DNA of 32,000 nucleotides from Microcystis aeruginosa NIES-843 (GTDB lineage Bacteria; Cyanobacteriota; Cyanobacteriia; Cyanobacteriales; Microcystaceae): NCBI RefSeq assembly GCF_000010625.1, contig NC_010296.1, positions 990,001 to 1,022,000 of the forward strand, read 5' to 3'. Shown piece by piece: positions 1 to 9,500 of this stretch (position 1 is its first letter; each line of letters starts with the position of its first letter). The notes under the pieces were generated by a model. It saw only the letters and a program-made list of their open reading frames with translations, ran no database searches and was not told where the DNA came from. The position numbers and the translations under genes were made by a program.

Positions 1-522
1 AATTTTTAGCCCACAGAGACGAGGTATTTTTTAAGCATTCATGGCGAGATTTGTCAAATTATTTAAGAAATGTGAAGGAGCGCAAAGGAAAATTAAAAGA
101 AGGGAAGATATAGATGTTGGGGAGAATACTAAGTGCTAATCTAAGGTTATCCCATCTATTCCGAGGTTAACCGTCGAGCAGGAGAAACAATCACCGGATT
201 CCCTTGCTGGCGGCAAAAATCAGTTTCTTTAAATGAAAGTTAACAGAACTTCGCATTTCTGTTAAGAGAAGGTTTAAAGAAACTTGTTAGAATAGAGGTA
301 GATAAATCCAGTTGCAAATAGGCGCTCGACCCGATGAATTTTCCGCGCGATCCGACAAAAAAAAGAGAACGAGAACACCGACAATATCTAGACTGTGACC
401 TCTAATTGACTTTCAATCAACAGCGCGATCGAGCAGTTTTTTTGAGGATTAAATTCCTGGCATCAACATCCCTTAAAAATAGTTGATGTGGGCAGTCCAT
501 AGCAAAATTTTTAGATGGAGTA

Positions 523-1128
523 GTGAGTATGAAGCTATTGATTCAGGGCAATAATATCGCTGTCACCGAACCTATTCATGATTATGTGGAACAAAAGCTG
601 GAGAAAGCGGTGAAACATTTTAACGGCATAACCACAAAGGTTGATGTTCACCTCTCCGTGGAAAAGAATGCACGCATTCCCGATCGCCACAGAGCGGAGG
701 TAACGGTTTATGCTAATGGGACAGTGATTCGCGCTCAAGAAGGAAGCGAAAATTTGTACGCGAGTATTGATTTAGTTTCTGATAAAATCGCTCGTCAACT
801 CCGCAAGTATAAAGAAAGATTGGTGGATCATCGCACCAACGCCCCCGTTAAAACTAGCGAGGTGGTGCAAGAGAAACCCTTAGATGGTAGCCTAATTGGC
901 GATCGCACTCCCGAATTACCTGCGGAAGTAGTGCGGATGAAATACTTTGCCATGCCACCGATGACTATTGAGGAAGCACTAACACAATTGCAATTAGTCG
1001 ATCACGATTTCTATATGTTCTGCAACAAAGACACTAACGAAATCAACGTTATCTATCAACGCAATCACGGCGGTTTTGGTGTTATTCAGCCCCGTCCCGT
1101 CAACCTCAATGGCAAAGAATCCAATTAA
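523..1128 (+). CDS. hpf: Ribosome hibernation promoting factor, long form (HPF/LrtA family)
   Basis: The N-terminal RaiA/HPF fold signature is present ([26 protein letters not shown]...[17 protein letters not shown]...[22 protein letters not shown]). The C-terminal long-HPF dimerisation domain is also present ([16 protein letters not shown]...DHDFYMF...INVIYQR). GGAG lies upstream of the ATG and a hairpin terminator lies downstream. Confidence 0.9.
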   Translation: MSMKLLIQGNNIAVTEPIHDYVEQKLEKAVKHFNGITTKVDVHLSVEKNARIPDRHRAEVTVYANGTVIRAQEGSENLYASIDLVSDKIARQLRKYKERLVDHRTNAPVKTSEVVQEKPLDGSLIGDRTPELPAEVVRMKYFAMPPMTIEEALTQLQLVDHDFYMFCNKDTNEINVIYQRNHGGFGVIQPRPVNLNGKESN

Positions 1129-1154
1129 CAGTTAGCGACCACAAATAAAACTAA

Positions 1155-1182
1155 AGACTGGAGAAATTCTCCAGTCTTTTTC
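1155..1182. terminator. Bidirectional rho-independent terminator between the convergent hpf and Hsp20 genes
   Basis: Perfect 10-bp stem AGACTGGAGA / TCTCCAGTCT with a 3-nt loop. It is followed by TTTTT on the + strand and preceded by an A-rich run that supplies the T-tract on the - strand. Confidence 0.6.
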
Positions 1183-1186
1183 TCAT

Positions 1187-1597
1187 CTAACCAAGATTAA
1201 CTTTCACCACTTTATTTTTTTCTGCCGCCGCTTTCGGGAGGGTGAGATAAAGAATACCGTCTTGATAGTTAGCGGTAACTTGGCTATTTTGCACCTCTAC
1301 TGGCAGGGTAATCAAGCGACTAAATTTACCATAATAAAATTCGCTGTTTTTTACCTCGGCAGCGCATTCACGTTGCCCATTAATAGCCACCATTTGCTTG
1401 CTAACCTCCACATCGATATCTTTAATATCCACACCAGGTAATTCGATTTTTAATTCCACGGAATCCTCGTTAACGGAGATTTCCACCGGGGGACGAGATA
1501 CCAATGAAGTTGTCGGTAATACTTCTTGAAAAAGTTGATCGATTTGACGTTGAACAGAATTAATTTCTAGGAAGGGGGAATAAAGAGTGAAAGCCAT
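1187..1597 (-). CDS. Hsp20/alpha-crystallin family small heat-shock protein
   Basis: 136 aa with an alpha-crystallin domain pattern (PPVEISVNEDSVELKIELPGVDIKDIDVEVSKQMVAINGQR...GKFSRLITLPVEVQNSQVTANYQDGILYLTLPK). Confidence 0.9.
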   Translation of the reverse strand: MAFTLYSPFLEINSVQRQIDQLFQEVLPTTSLVSRPPVEISVNEDSVELKIELPGVDIKDIDVEVSKQMVAINGQRECAAEVKNSEFYYGKFSRLITLPVEVQNSQVTANYQDGILYLTLPKAAAEKNKVVKVNLG

Positions 1598-1709
1598 AGT
1601 AATAATTTCCTCGAGAGGTTTTCTCTGACTGCGATTATCTCCATCTTAAGCAACTAACTTGACTTCCACAAGGCGGTTTTCAGGAAATAAAAAGTCGCAA
1701 TAACCGATA

Positions 1710-1966
1710 CAGTTATCAGTTATCAGTTATCAGTGGCAAGTGGGAAGTTGTGGGGTGTGGGGTGTGGGAAGTGGGGGTGTGGGGTGTGGGGTGTGGGAAG
1801 TGGGGGTGTGGGGTGTGGGAAGTGGGGGTGTGGGGTGTGGGGAAGTGGGGAAGTGGGGTGTGGGAAGAATAAATAAAAATAATCTCCTATCTCCTATCTC
1901 CTATCTCCTATCTCCTATCTCCTATCTCCTGTCTCCTATCTCCTATCTCCTGTCTCCCATCTCCTG
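1710..1966. repeat. Composite heptanucleotide tandem-repeat array (STRR-like)
   Basis: The array has three blocks: CAGTTAT x3, about 130 bp of GTGGGGT/GTGGGAA-type G-rich heptamers, then about 12 units of CTCCTAT/CTCCTGT. The 75-aa ORF called here is only a translation of the repeats. Confidence 0.9.
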
Positions 1967-2000
1967 AATACTGACTCCCGACTGCTGCCCCCTGCCTTCG

Positions 2001-2642
2001 TTAAAACCATTGTTGTAATTCCGGCCAACCCAAACCCTGACGCACGATATCCGGTTGATCGCCGGTAAAATCAACAATTGTTGACACTTCCGAACCGGGA
2101 GCCGAACCATCTTCGATAATTAAATCAACTATATGATCGAGGGCATCGAATAACCTAGCGGATTCTAATCCCTTGGTGGGAAAATCCCCCTCCTGATCGG
2201 GAAGATGGGCAGAACTAGAGATAATGGGATTTTCTAGGGTTTCGAGAATAGTGCGACAGATAACGTGATCGGGAACCCGGATACCGGTGGTTTTCCGCTT
2301 CGGATTCATCACCACTTTCGGCACTAATTTAGTCGCCGGTAAGAGAAAAGTGTAGGGACCGGGTATAACTCGTCGCATAATCTTATAGGCATAATCGCTG
2401 ACCACTGCGTACTCGGAAATATTCGACAAAGAAGAACAGAGAAACGTCAAGGGTTTATCATTAGATAGTTGCTTGATTTGGCGAACTCGTTCGACGGCAG
2501 ATTTCACATTGAGATCGCAACCGATCGCGTAGACAGTATCGGTAGGATAAAGCATAATTGCCCCATTTTTAAGGGCATGACAGATTTCTTGGATAGAACG
2601 TTGTTGGGGATTTTCCGGATGGAGAGAGTAAATAGTAGCCAT
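2001..2642 (-). CDS. tsaC: L-threonylcarbamoyladenylate synthase (YrdC/TsaC domain, t6A biosynthesis)
   Basis: 213 aa with YrdC-domain motifs ([21 protein letters not shown]...KPLTFL...PGPYTFLL...[10 protein letters not shown]...PIISSSA...STIVDF). Confidence 0.85.
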   Translation of the reverse strand: MATIYSLHPENPQQRSIQEICHALKNGAIMLYPTDTVYAIGCDLNVKSAVERVRQIKQLSNDKPLTFLCSSLSNISEYAVVSDYAYKIMRRVIPGPYTFLLPATKLVPKVVMNPKRKTTGIRVPDHVICRTILETLENPIISSSAHLPDQEGDFPTKGLESARLFDALDHIVDLIIEDGSAPGSEVSTIVDFTGDQPDIVRQGLGWPELQQWF

Positions 2643-3875
2643 GATAGCAAAATCGTCGCCTATTGGGATTGTCCCACGGGAATTGCCGGGGATATGTGTT
2701 TAGGGGCGTTAGTAGATTTAGGAGTCCCCCTAGAATACCTGATTGCACAACTACAAACTTTAGGAATTGAGGATGAATATCAGTTAAGGGCCGAAAAAGT
2801 GCATCGTCGCGGTCAAATTGCCACTAAGATTCACGTCGATGTCACTGCCGAGAAGTCTGCTGATCATCACCACCATCACCATCATACCCCCGCTCGCCAT
2901 TTACCGGAGATCGAAAATTTAATTAAACAGGCAAATTTACCCCAGAAAGTCCAAGAATGGAGTTTAGCGGTTTTTCAACAACTTGCGATCGCAGAAGGAG
3001 CCGTTCACGGGATCGCGCCGGAAAAGGTGCATTTTCACGAAGTGGGGGCAACCGATGCCATTGTTGATATCGTCGGGACTTGTTTGGGTTTGGATTGGCT
3101 ATCGGTGAGTGAATTATACTGTTCTTCTCTACCCACTGGCGGCGGTACAGTTCAGGCCGCCCATGGTCGTTTACCGGTTCCCGTGCCAGCAGTAGTACAA
3201 TTGTTCAGTCAGGGACAAGTACCAATTTATAGTAATGGCATCGAAGCGGAGTTAGTAACACCTACGGGGGCAGCTATTGTGACAACTTTAGCTAAAAGTT
3301 TCGGTAAACCGCCGAAAATGCAGTTAGAAAAGGTCGGTTTAGGGGCAGGTACAAAAGATTTACCGATTCCCAATCTTGTCCGGCTTTGGTTAGGGAAAAA
3401 AACACCAGAAAAGCTAGATGAAAGGGAAACCGTGGCAGTTTTAGAAACTCAAATTGATGACTTAAATCCGCAAGCGATCGCCTACTTAAGTGAGTCTTTA
3501 TTACAAGTGGGTGCCTTGGATGTATTTAGTCAAGCAATTACTATGAAAAAATCTCGTTTAGGGATACTCTTGACAGTAATTTGTGCCTTGGATAAAATTG
3601 CGATTTGTGAAAGTATGATCTTTCAGGAAACCACAACTTTAGGCATTAGAAGGACGATTCAAGAGCGATCAATCTTAAAAAGAGAGATACAATCGATCGA
3701 TACTGTCTATGGTAAAATTCGGCTAAAAGTTGCCTACAAAGAGTCAATTAATCAACCGATTACCGTACAACCAGAATACGAAGATTGTGCCGCAATTGCC
3801 CGTCAGCATCATCTACCTTGGCGATTTGTTCATCAAATGGCCTTAGCTGTTTGGCAAGAAAAAAATCAGTCTTAA
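2619..3875 (+). CDS. larC: Nickel-pincer cofactor biosynthesis protein LarC (DUF111/UPF0272 nickel insertase)
   Basis: Carries the LarC N-terminal motif [25 protein letters not shown], a His-rich nickel-binding tract ([13 protein letters not shown]) and [16 protein letters not shown]. The tracked ORF (from 2469) extends antisense through tsaC. I place the start at the in-frame ATG at 2619, but the start is uncertain (see findings). Confidence 0.85.
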   Translation: MERVNSSHDSKIVAYWDCPTGIAGDMCLGALVDLGVPLEYLIAQLQTLGIEDEYQLRAEKVHRRGQIATKIHVDVTAEKSADHHHHHHHTPARHLPEIENLIKQANLPQKVQEWSLAVFQQLAIAEGAVHGIAPEKVHFHEVGATDAIVDIVGTCLGLDWLSVSELYCSSLPTGGGTVQAAHGRLPVPVPAVVQLFSQGQVPIYSNGIEAELVTPTGAAIVTTLAKSFGKPPKMQLEKVGLGAGTKDLPIPNLVRLWLGKKTPEKLDERETVAVLETQIDDLNPQAIAYLSESLLQVGALDVFSQAITMKKSRLGILLTVICALDKIAICESMIFQETTTLGIRRTIQERSILKREIQSIDTVYGKIRLKVAYKESINQPITVQPEYEDCAAIARQHHLPWRFVHQMALAVWQEKNQS

Positions 3876-3917
3876 CAGCCGGGCGATTTTCTCCTAAAAC
3901 TGCCATATCCATTGTTC

Positions 3918-4476
3918 AAAAGAACGTAGGTTGGGTTGAAGCATGAAACCCAACGCCCGCTCATGTTACGCTACCGTTAACCCATCCTACAAATAATTGT
4001 GCCTCCCTACTTATATCCATTGTTCAAAAGGTATTTTCAGGAAAATAATCCCAATTTAAAACCTGTTCTTGGCTAAAAGGACAATCAACTGGAAAAGTTT
4101 CTTTTGGTAAATTAGTTTCATTTACCGTCCCTCGCACTGCTTTTTGATAACATTCTGCGAAAATATCGGCTAAATAGGGTTTTAAGCTAGGACTATCCCT
4201 TAAAATAAGCTCTAATTGTTCTCTTTGCTCATCAATGGTATTTATCCAGTTATTAGTCCGTTTTTCCGGTTGATATTGCCATTTAAGTAAGTGCATCAAG
4301 AGAACTTTTAAACGACTGAATATCTCCCGTCTATTATTACGTCCCATATCGGATATTTCTTCGATTAAGTTATCTAAATCAAGGGCCTGTAAATTGCCCT
4401 TTTTTAAGTGATTTACGGTTTGCTCAATCCACAAATTAAAATCAGTTTCATAAAGCTGAGATAATTGATTTTTCAT
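3918..4476. repeat. Segmental duplication copy 1 (DUF29 gene plus about 100 bp of downstream palindromic element)
   Basis: Aligns by eye along its whole length with 5659..6224, with scattered substitutions. It includes the hairpin GTTGGGTT-GAAGCATGA-AACCCAAC at about 3930-3955. Confidence 0.85.
4024..4476 (-). CDS. DUF29 domain-containing protein
   Basis: 150 aa with the typical cyanobacterial DUF29 pattern (LYETDFNLWIEQT...NLIEEISDMGRNNRREIFSRLKVLLMHLLKWQYQPEKR...W..TI.EQR). Confidence 0.85.
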   Translation of the reverse strand: MKNQLSQLYETDFNLWIEQTVNHLKKGNLQALDLDNLIEEISDMGRNNRREIFSRLKVLLMHLLKWQYQPEKRTNNWINTIDEQREQLELILRDSPSLKPYLADIFAECYQKAVRGTVNETNLPKETFPVDCPFSQEQVLNWDYFPENTF

Positions 4477-4759
4477 AATGAGAACGTTTCTTCTATTCTA
4501 TCTTTACGTTGTGCCTATCTTAATGGTGTCTTGTCCAGATGATATTTTTACAAATATGAGATGCAGAGTATTTACCATAATTTATCTACTCTTCAAGGTA
4601 TTTTTTTCTCTTTTTTCTCATAAATTTAATGGTGGTCAAAGTGCCAAGAACTCATAGCAAAATGATAGTTTTCTCTGATACTTCTGACTGAATAAAGAGG
4701 ATATTTATTCTGTTGTGTCGAGCAATTTAAGAGTAAGCATTAGCGACCACAAAAAGCCC

Positions 4760-4789
4760 AAAAAACGGGTTTCTTAAAGAAACCCGTTC
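4760..4789 (-). terminator. Rho-independent terminator downstream of the RTX-like gene
   Basis: The - strand reads GAACGGGTTTCTTTAAGAAACCCGTTTTTT, a GC-containing stem followed by a T-tract, about 95 nt after the stop of the 4886..5515 gene. Confidence 0.55.
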
Positions 4790-4885
4790 TCTAGATATAG
4801 AAAGGTTTTAAATATTCTCAAGGAATTAGGTTGTGTAAGTTTTCTCTAGATTATTATTGCGCTCAACTCAACCTACGAGGCGATG

Positions 4886-5515
4886 CTAAACAAATTGAAA
4901 GTAAGAACTGGTTAACGAAATGCTGGTGTTGTCTTGAACGACTCCAATTAAGTCACCTCCTTGATAGATGGCTGTATCTAAAGCAGAAGTACCAAACCAA
5001 TTTACCCTCGATAGGCTAATTGAATTAATAATCCTATATATTTCAATATAGTCGTTTGCTCCGTTATAGTCAGTAATAAGAGCATAACCACTACCTTGAT
5101 AATAGTTGCCAGCACCGCTACCTAGCACAAAAATGTCCGATCCAGCCCCCCCAACTAAAGTGTCATACTCATTGTTATAATAGTTGGTAATAGCAGTGCC
5201 CATTAAGCGATCATTACCATTACCACCACTCAGATAATCATTTCCTGATCCCCCTAATAAGGTATCATTTCCCGATTCTCCCCATAAAGTGTCATTACCA
5301 GTTCCCCCATCTAAATAATCGTTGCCATTCCATCCCCATAGGGGATCATTTCCCGACCATCCATACAAATAATCGTTGCCGTCGCCACCGTCAATATAAT
5401 CATTGTTGGTATTACCGTAAATGGTATCATTGCCACCATAACCATAGGCATAAAGTTGTTCACTTCCCATATAGTTGTAGTAGTTTGCAAGATTTGTACC
5501 GTAGTAAGTAGCCAT
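4886..5515 (-). CDS. Hemolysin-type (RTX) calcium-binding repeat protein
   Basis: About 9 consecutive nonapeptide GGxGxDxUx-type repeats ([80 protein letters not shown]). The tail ([11 protein letters not shown]...) is typical of small cyanobacterial Ca-binding proteins. Confidence 0.8.
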   Translation of the reverse strand: MATYYGTNLANYYNYMGSEQLYAYGYGGNDTIYGNTNNDYIDGGDGNDYLYGWSGNDPLWGWNGNDYLDGGTGNDTLWGESGNDTLLGGSGNDYLSGGNGNDRLMGTAITNYYNNEYDTLVGGAGSDIFVLGSGAGNYYQGSGYALITDYNGANDYIEIYRIINSISLSRVNWFGTSALDTAIYQGGDLIGVVQDNTSISLTSSYFQFV

Positions 5516-5658
5516 GACTTAATCCTCCTGTCTAGTTGTAGATAGTGGCCAGTCTGCACTCTACCCCCCCCCAGACTGTATCGTACGCTACAATTTAATA
5601 ATTTTTTACATTTATCTCCCTGGCCGGGGAGACACGGGGATGATGACAGAGAACTCTT

Positions 5659-6224
5659 GAAAGAACGTAGAACGTAGGTTTGGTTGAAGCATGAAATCCA
5701 ACGCCCGCTCATGTTACGCTACCGCTAACCCATCCTACAAATAATTGTTCCTCCCTAGTTATATCCATTGTTCAAAAGCTATTTTCAGGAAGATAATCCC
5801 ACTTTAAAACCTGTTCTTGGCTAAAGGGACAATCAACCAGAAAAGTTTCTTTTGGTAAATTAGTTTCATTTACCATCCCTCGCACTGCTTTTTGATAACA
5901 TTCTGCGAAAATATCGGCTAAATAGGGTTTTAAGCTAGGACTATCCCTTAAAATAAGCTCTAATTGTTCTCTTTGTTCATCAATGGTATTTATCCAGCTA
6001 TTAGTCCGTTTTTCTGGTTGATATTGCCATTTAAGTAAGTGCATCAAGAGAACTTTTAAACGACTGAATACCTCCCGTCTATTATTACGTACCATATCGG
6101 ATATTTCTTCGATTAAGTTATCTAAATCGAGTGCCTCTAAATTGCCCTTTTTTAAGTGATTTATGGTTTGCTCAAGCCACAAATTAAAATCAGTTTCATA
6201 AAGCTGAGATAATTGATTTTTCAT
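5659..6224. repeat. Segmental duplication copy 2 (DUF29 gene plus downstream palindromic element)
   Basis: Direct repeat of 3918..4476. It carries an extra AACGTAG duplication at its left edge, and the similarity stops exactly at the DUF29 start codon. Confidence 0.85.
5772..6224 (-). CDS. DUF29 domain-containing protein (paralog of 4024..4476)
   Basis: 150 aa, differing from the 4024..4476 product at only about 10 positions. Confidence 0.85.
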   Translation of the reverse strand: MKNQLSQLYETDFNLWLEQTINHLKKGNLEALDLDNLIEEISDMVRNNRREVFSRLKVLLMHLLKWQYQPEKRTNSWINTIDEQREQLELILRDSPSLKPYLADIFAECYQKAVRGMVNETNLPKETFLVDCPFSQEQVLKWDYLPENSF

Positions 6225-6550
6225 GTCGATGTGGGATTTTTAAAGGGAAACTCTCTGCCAAAATTGGTCGTTACTTGCGATTTTATCACTCAATCTTGGC
6301 TCTTGGGGGGTTTAACCCTCCACCCTCCCCCGCACATTAGCTTTTCGGTGAGATGTTTACACGCGGTTGTCATACATTTATACCAGTTTAAGAGTGACTG
6401 ATAATTGCTGATTGTCGGTATTTCTGCCAAGGTGAGATGCACCCGAAAAAATAAATCTGATTTGTGAATAAACACTAAACATTATAACATTAGAAAACTA
6501 AACCTGTTAGAATCAGAGCAACAGTAAATGCTTGTAATCCTAATTAGAAC

Positions 6551-9500
6551 ATGGTCAATAGTATTTTAATGATTCCTATTCATTTGGATGCTCTCTATCT
6601 GAAAAGAGAGCGCCTAGTTGTAGAGGCGATGGCAGATTTGAGCATAATTCCTTATTTTAATAGAAAAAGAGACGTAAATCCGAATATTGCTCATATCAGC
6701 GAGGAGATTGTTTCCCAACCCTTTCAAAATCAAAATCTCTACCTGAAAGCAGGAATCCATTTACATTGGGCGTTACCCGATGCTTTAACAAAAGGGATTC
6801 AAGATAGCGATAAAAAGACAGTTTTCCCATCAGTTCCTAATCGCTGGTTAGTAACACGCACTCTTAACGGCGAAAAACGTCAATGGGTGGTGGAGAGTGA
6901 TTATCTTTATCGGGAAGGAGAAGGGGAGCAGTTAGGTAGTATTGCTTATCCCATTGAGATAAAAAATGGTAATCATCAACCATTTCGCTATTTAGGTCGC
7001 AAACTGCCTATAGAAGCTTGGTTAGAAAATGATCCCAAGGCTGAATACTTACCCTTATTGACGGCGGTAGGTTATGGTGAACCGACTTTTGCGGCTTTTT
7101 ATCCCAATTGTCACAGTGTTTTTGGATTTTATGATGATTATTCTCCTGAAAATACTGATGGGTTACAGTATGATGTGATTGCGTGGTATAGTCACTTAGA
7201 AAAGGATTATTTCAATCAATTCATCAAATCAAAATCTCAATTAACTACACAAGAATTAATCAAAGCGATACAAGAGGAATTAAAATGGGCGGTTGCCGTT
7301 GAGAGCAATGAACAAATACCTCAAAGAATGCTCTGCTATGCCCGCTTAAAGTTTGCTTCTTCAACCAATACAGAGAGAGAAATTTCGGTAGAAGTGGCTG
7401 TAGGAAATACGGGAACGGAGGCATTATCTGCTTATTTAGGTCAAAAAATTGACAACAATTATCAATCTATTATTGAAGATCAATTAGAAGCTTTAACCCT
7501 ATCTTCTAGTCTAGAACATCGGCAGTTGGATCTAACGGCTAAGTTTGAGGAAGCACGCCATGAAAAAGGGTTTAATGCGGTCTCATCTGGCACAATATGG
7601 ACAATTACTTTAGGAAGCACAAACGCTACAACAGCAAATGCTGAAGATGCTCAAGCTCAGAGCGAAGTTACTTTACCCGATAATATAGCTCCTAAACTGA
7701 ATCAGCTTAATCTCTCTCAACAGAAATATGACTGCACTTTCGATGAAATTGAGTCAATGCGTCGGCAACTCTTTTCTGATTGGTATAAGTATATGTTAAG
7801 TGCTTATCCCCCCCAAGGTAGCACCGCTCAGTATCCTGATATTGATGAAGTTAAATATTATATTGAGGAGAAGGGAATTGAACCTTTAAAGGCAAAACTG
7901 AATAATCTAGAGAATTATAAAAAGTTATTGAATGAATCTTTAACTCAATTACAACAGGCGATCACTCAAGCAAATATTACCCAGTGTAAATTAAAAGTTA
8001 GTGATATTTTAGACTGGGAAAAATTGATTAATCAGTTAGAACGGGGAACAACAGAGCCAATTAAAAGAATTAAGCAGTTAATCCCCGATTTGTCCAGTAA
8101 AATTGCAGGGAAAAACCAAGGAGAAATTATAGATGCCTTAAATTTAATTTTTACTAAAAACGAAACAGAGCCAATTAAAAGAATTGAGCAGTTAATCCCC
8201 GATTTGTCCAGTAAAATTGCAGGGAAAAACCAAGGAGAAATTATAGATGCCTTAAATTTAATTTTTACTAAAAACGAAGAAGAATTAGTCCGTTGCAATC
8301 GTCTGCTTTTAGAAGTTTCTTTCCCTCAGCTAATTTTAAAAGCTCCACCACCTTATACCCTGAAACCTATTGCCGGTTCCCGTTATTGGCAACCAACAGA
8401 ACCAGTGGTCTTGATGGCGGGGGAAGGGGTAAAACCCACCATTCGTCATGGACAAGATGGAAGATTGAGGAATGATGGACTGTTAGAATGTGAGATTTTA
8501 CAACAGGAAGAGGACATTTTTCTCAATGGATTTTCGTCTATTCTCGGTAAAATTGATCAGATAGAAAACAATAAAAAAGGGGAACATATTGGCTTTAGCA
8601 CTTGGGAAGAACAACCTTGGCATCCGTTTTTACTAGAGTGGGAGGTAGAAGTTTTTCCCCTCCAAAATGGCTGTAATCATGGCATCTATAATCATCAATA
8701 TGATGCTGAGTTTATTACGGGTAATTATACCTTGAAAGAAAACGAGCCAGAGCTTTCTTTACAGTACGGAAAGGGGGCTGTTCTTAAAGCTGCTAATGTT
8801 TATAGTGGTCGGAGTATTTTAACACCTCATGCCGGAATTAAGCTTAAGGAAAAAATAGAAGTTTATTTAAAGAAACAGTTACCTGATGAGGCTAAAGAAT
8901 ATTACGAACTAAACCTGTCTGAACAAGAAGAAGCTTACCAAAAAAGAATCCAAGATTGGTATAAGGACAAACCAAATTCTTTGACCAACTTAGACCAACA
9001 AGAAAAGATTCAAGCCATTCAAGCTTGGTATGAGCAAAAACCCTGTTATGATCCTAGTAATCCTAATTTAATTTTCACTAATCTACTCTCGGATCAAAAA
9101 GCTAAAGACCCCATTTATACTGCCATTAGAGCTTATCAAAATCTTTTAAGCCTAAATTGTCTATCTCAAGCTTTAGGAGGGTTTAACGAGGCTTTATTGA
9201 TGCACAAACAGACGTTACAATTACCTATTGCTGATCCTTTAGGATTTAATGATTATCAGCCTTTTACAGATGAAATAAAAGAAATGGTACAACAAAGTAT
9301 CCGTAGTGCGCCAGAACCTTTAAATGATTTTAACCCCATAAGATCAGGAGTGATGAAGATTTTGCGGTTACGGTTGGTGGATACTTTTGGACAGGTGAAG
9401 GATTTAGATATTAGAAATATTATCACTCCTGAACAGATGACGACTCCAGGCAGTCCCTATCTGATATCTTTACCCCCTCGTTTGGTACAACCAGCACGCA

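Noticed and set aside
1-520. Searched the long hpf upstream region for a riboswitch, sRNA or partial gene.
   Set aside because: It holds only a weak 7-bp hairpin (CATCAAC/GTTGATG, about 463-493) and no ORF of 60 aa or more. Nothing matches an RNA family I can recognise, so it is insufficient for a call.
1131-1144. The 14-mer TTAGCGACCACAAA occurs just before the terminator hairpins at both 1131 and 4739.
   Set aside because: A single shared 14-mer within 32 kb, counting both strands, is expected by chance about once or more. No further similarity extends around it.
1740-1967. 75-aa ORF (MGSCGVWGVGSGGVGCGVW...LLSPISYLLSPIS).
   Set aside because: It is only a translation of the heptamer tandem repeats. 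It has no start context and a periodic low-complexity product, so it is not a gene.
2469-2618. Upstream 50 codons of the tracked larC ORF.
   Set aside because: This stretch is antisense to the well-supported tsaC coding sequence and shows no LarC similarity. The LarC homology begins at about 2650.
5311-5712. 133-aa - strand ORF overlapping the 5' part of the RTX-like gene.
   Set aside because: It is out of frame with the strongly patterned RTX repeats, extends across the upstream intergenic region, and gives a low-complexity product.
6213-6475. Two overlapping approximately 60-aa ORFs and candidate -35/-10 hexamers upstream of gene A.
   Set aside because: The ORFs are short, mutually antisense and lack ribosome-binding sites. 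The promoter-like hexamers (TTGTGA ... TATAAC) have non-canonical spacing, so no promoter is asserted.
8051-8278. Considered whether the 114-bp repeat pair could be a CRISPR-like or regulatory array.
   Set aside because: There are only two units, directly abutting with no spacers. They are in frame within gene A and encode a sensible peptide, so this is a coding tandem duplication.
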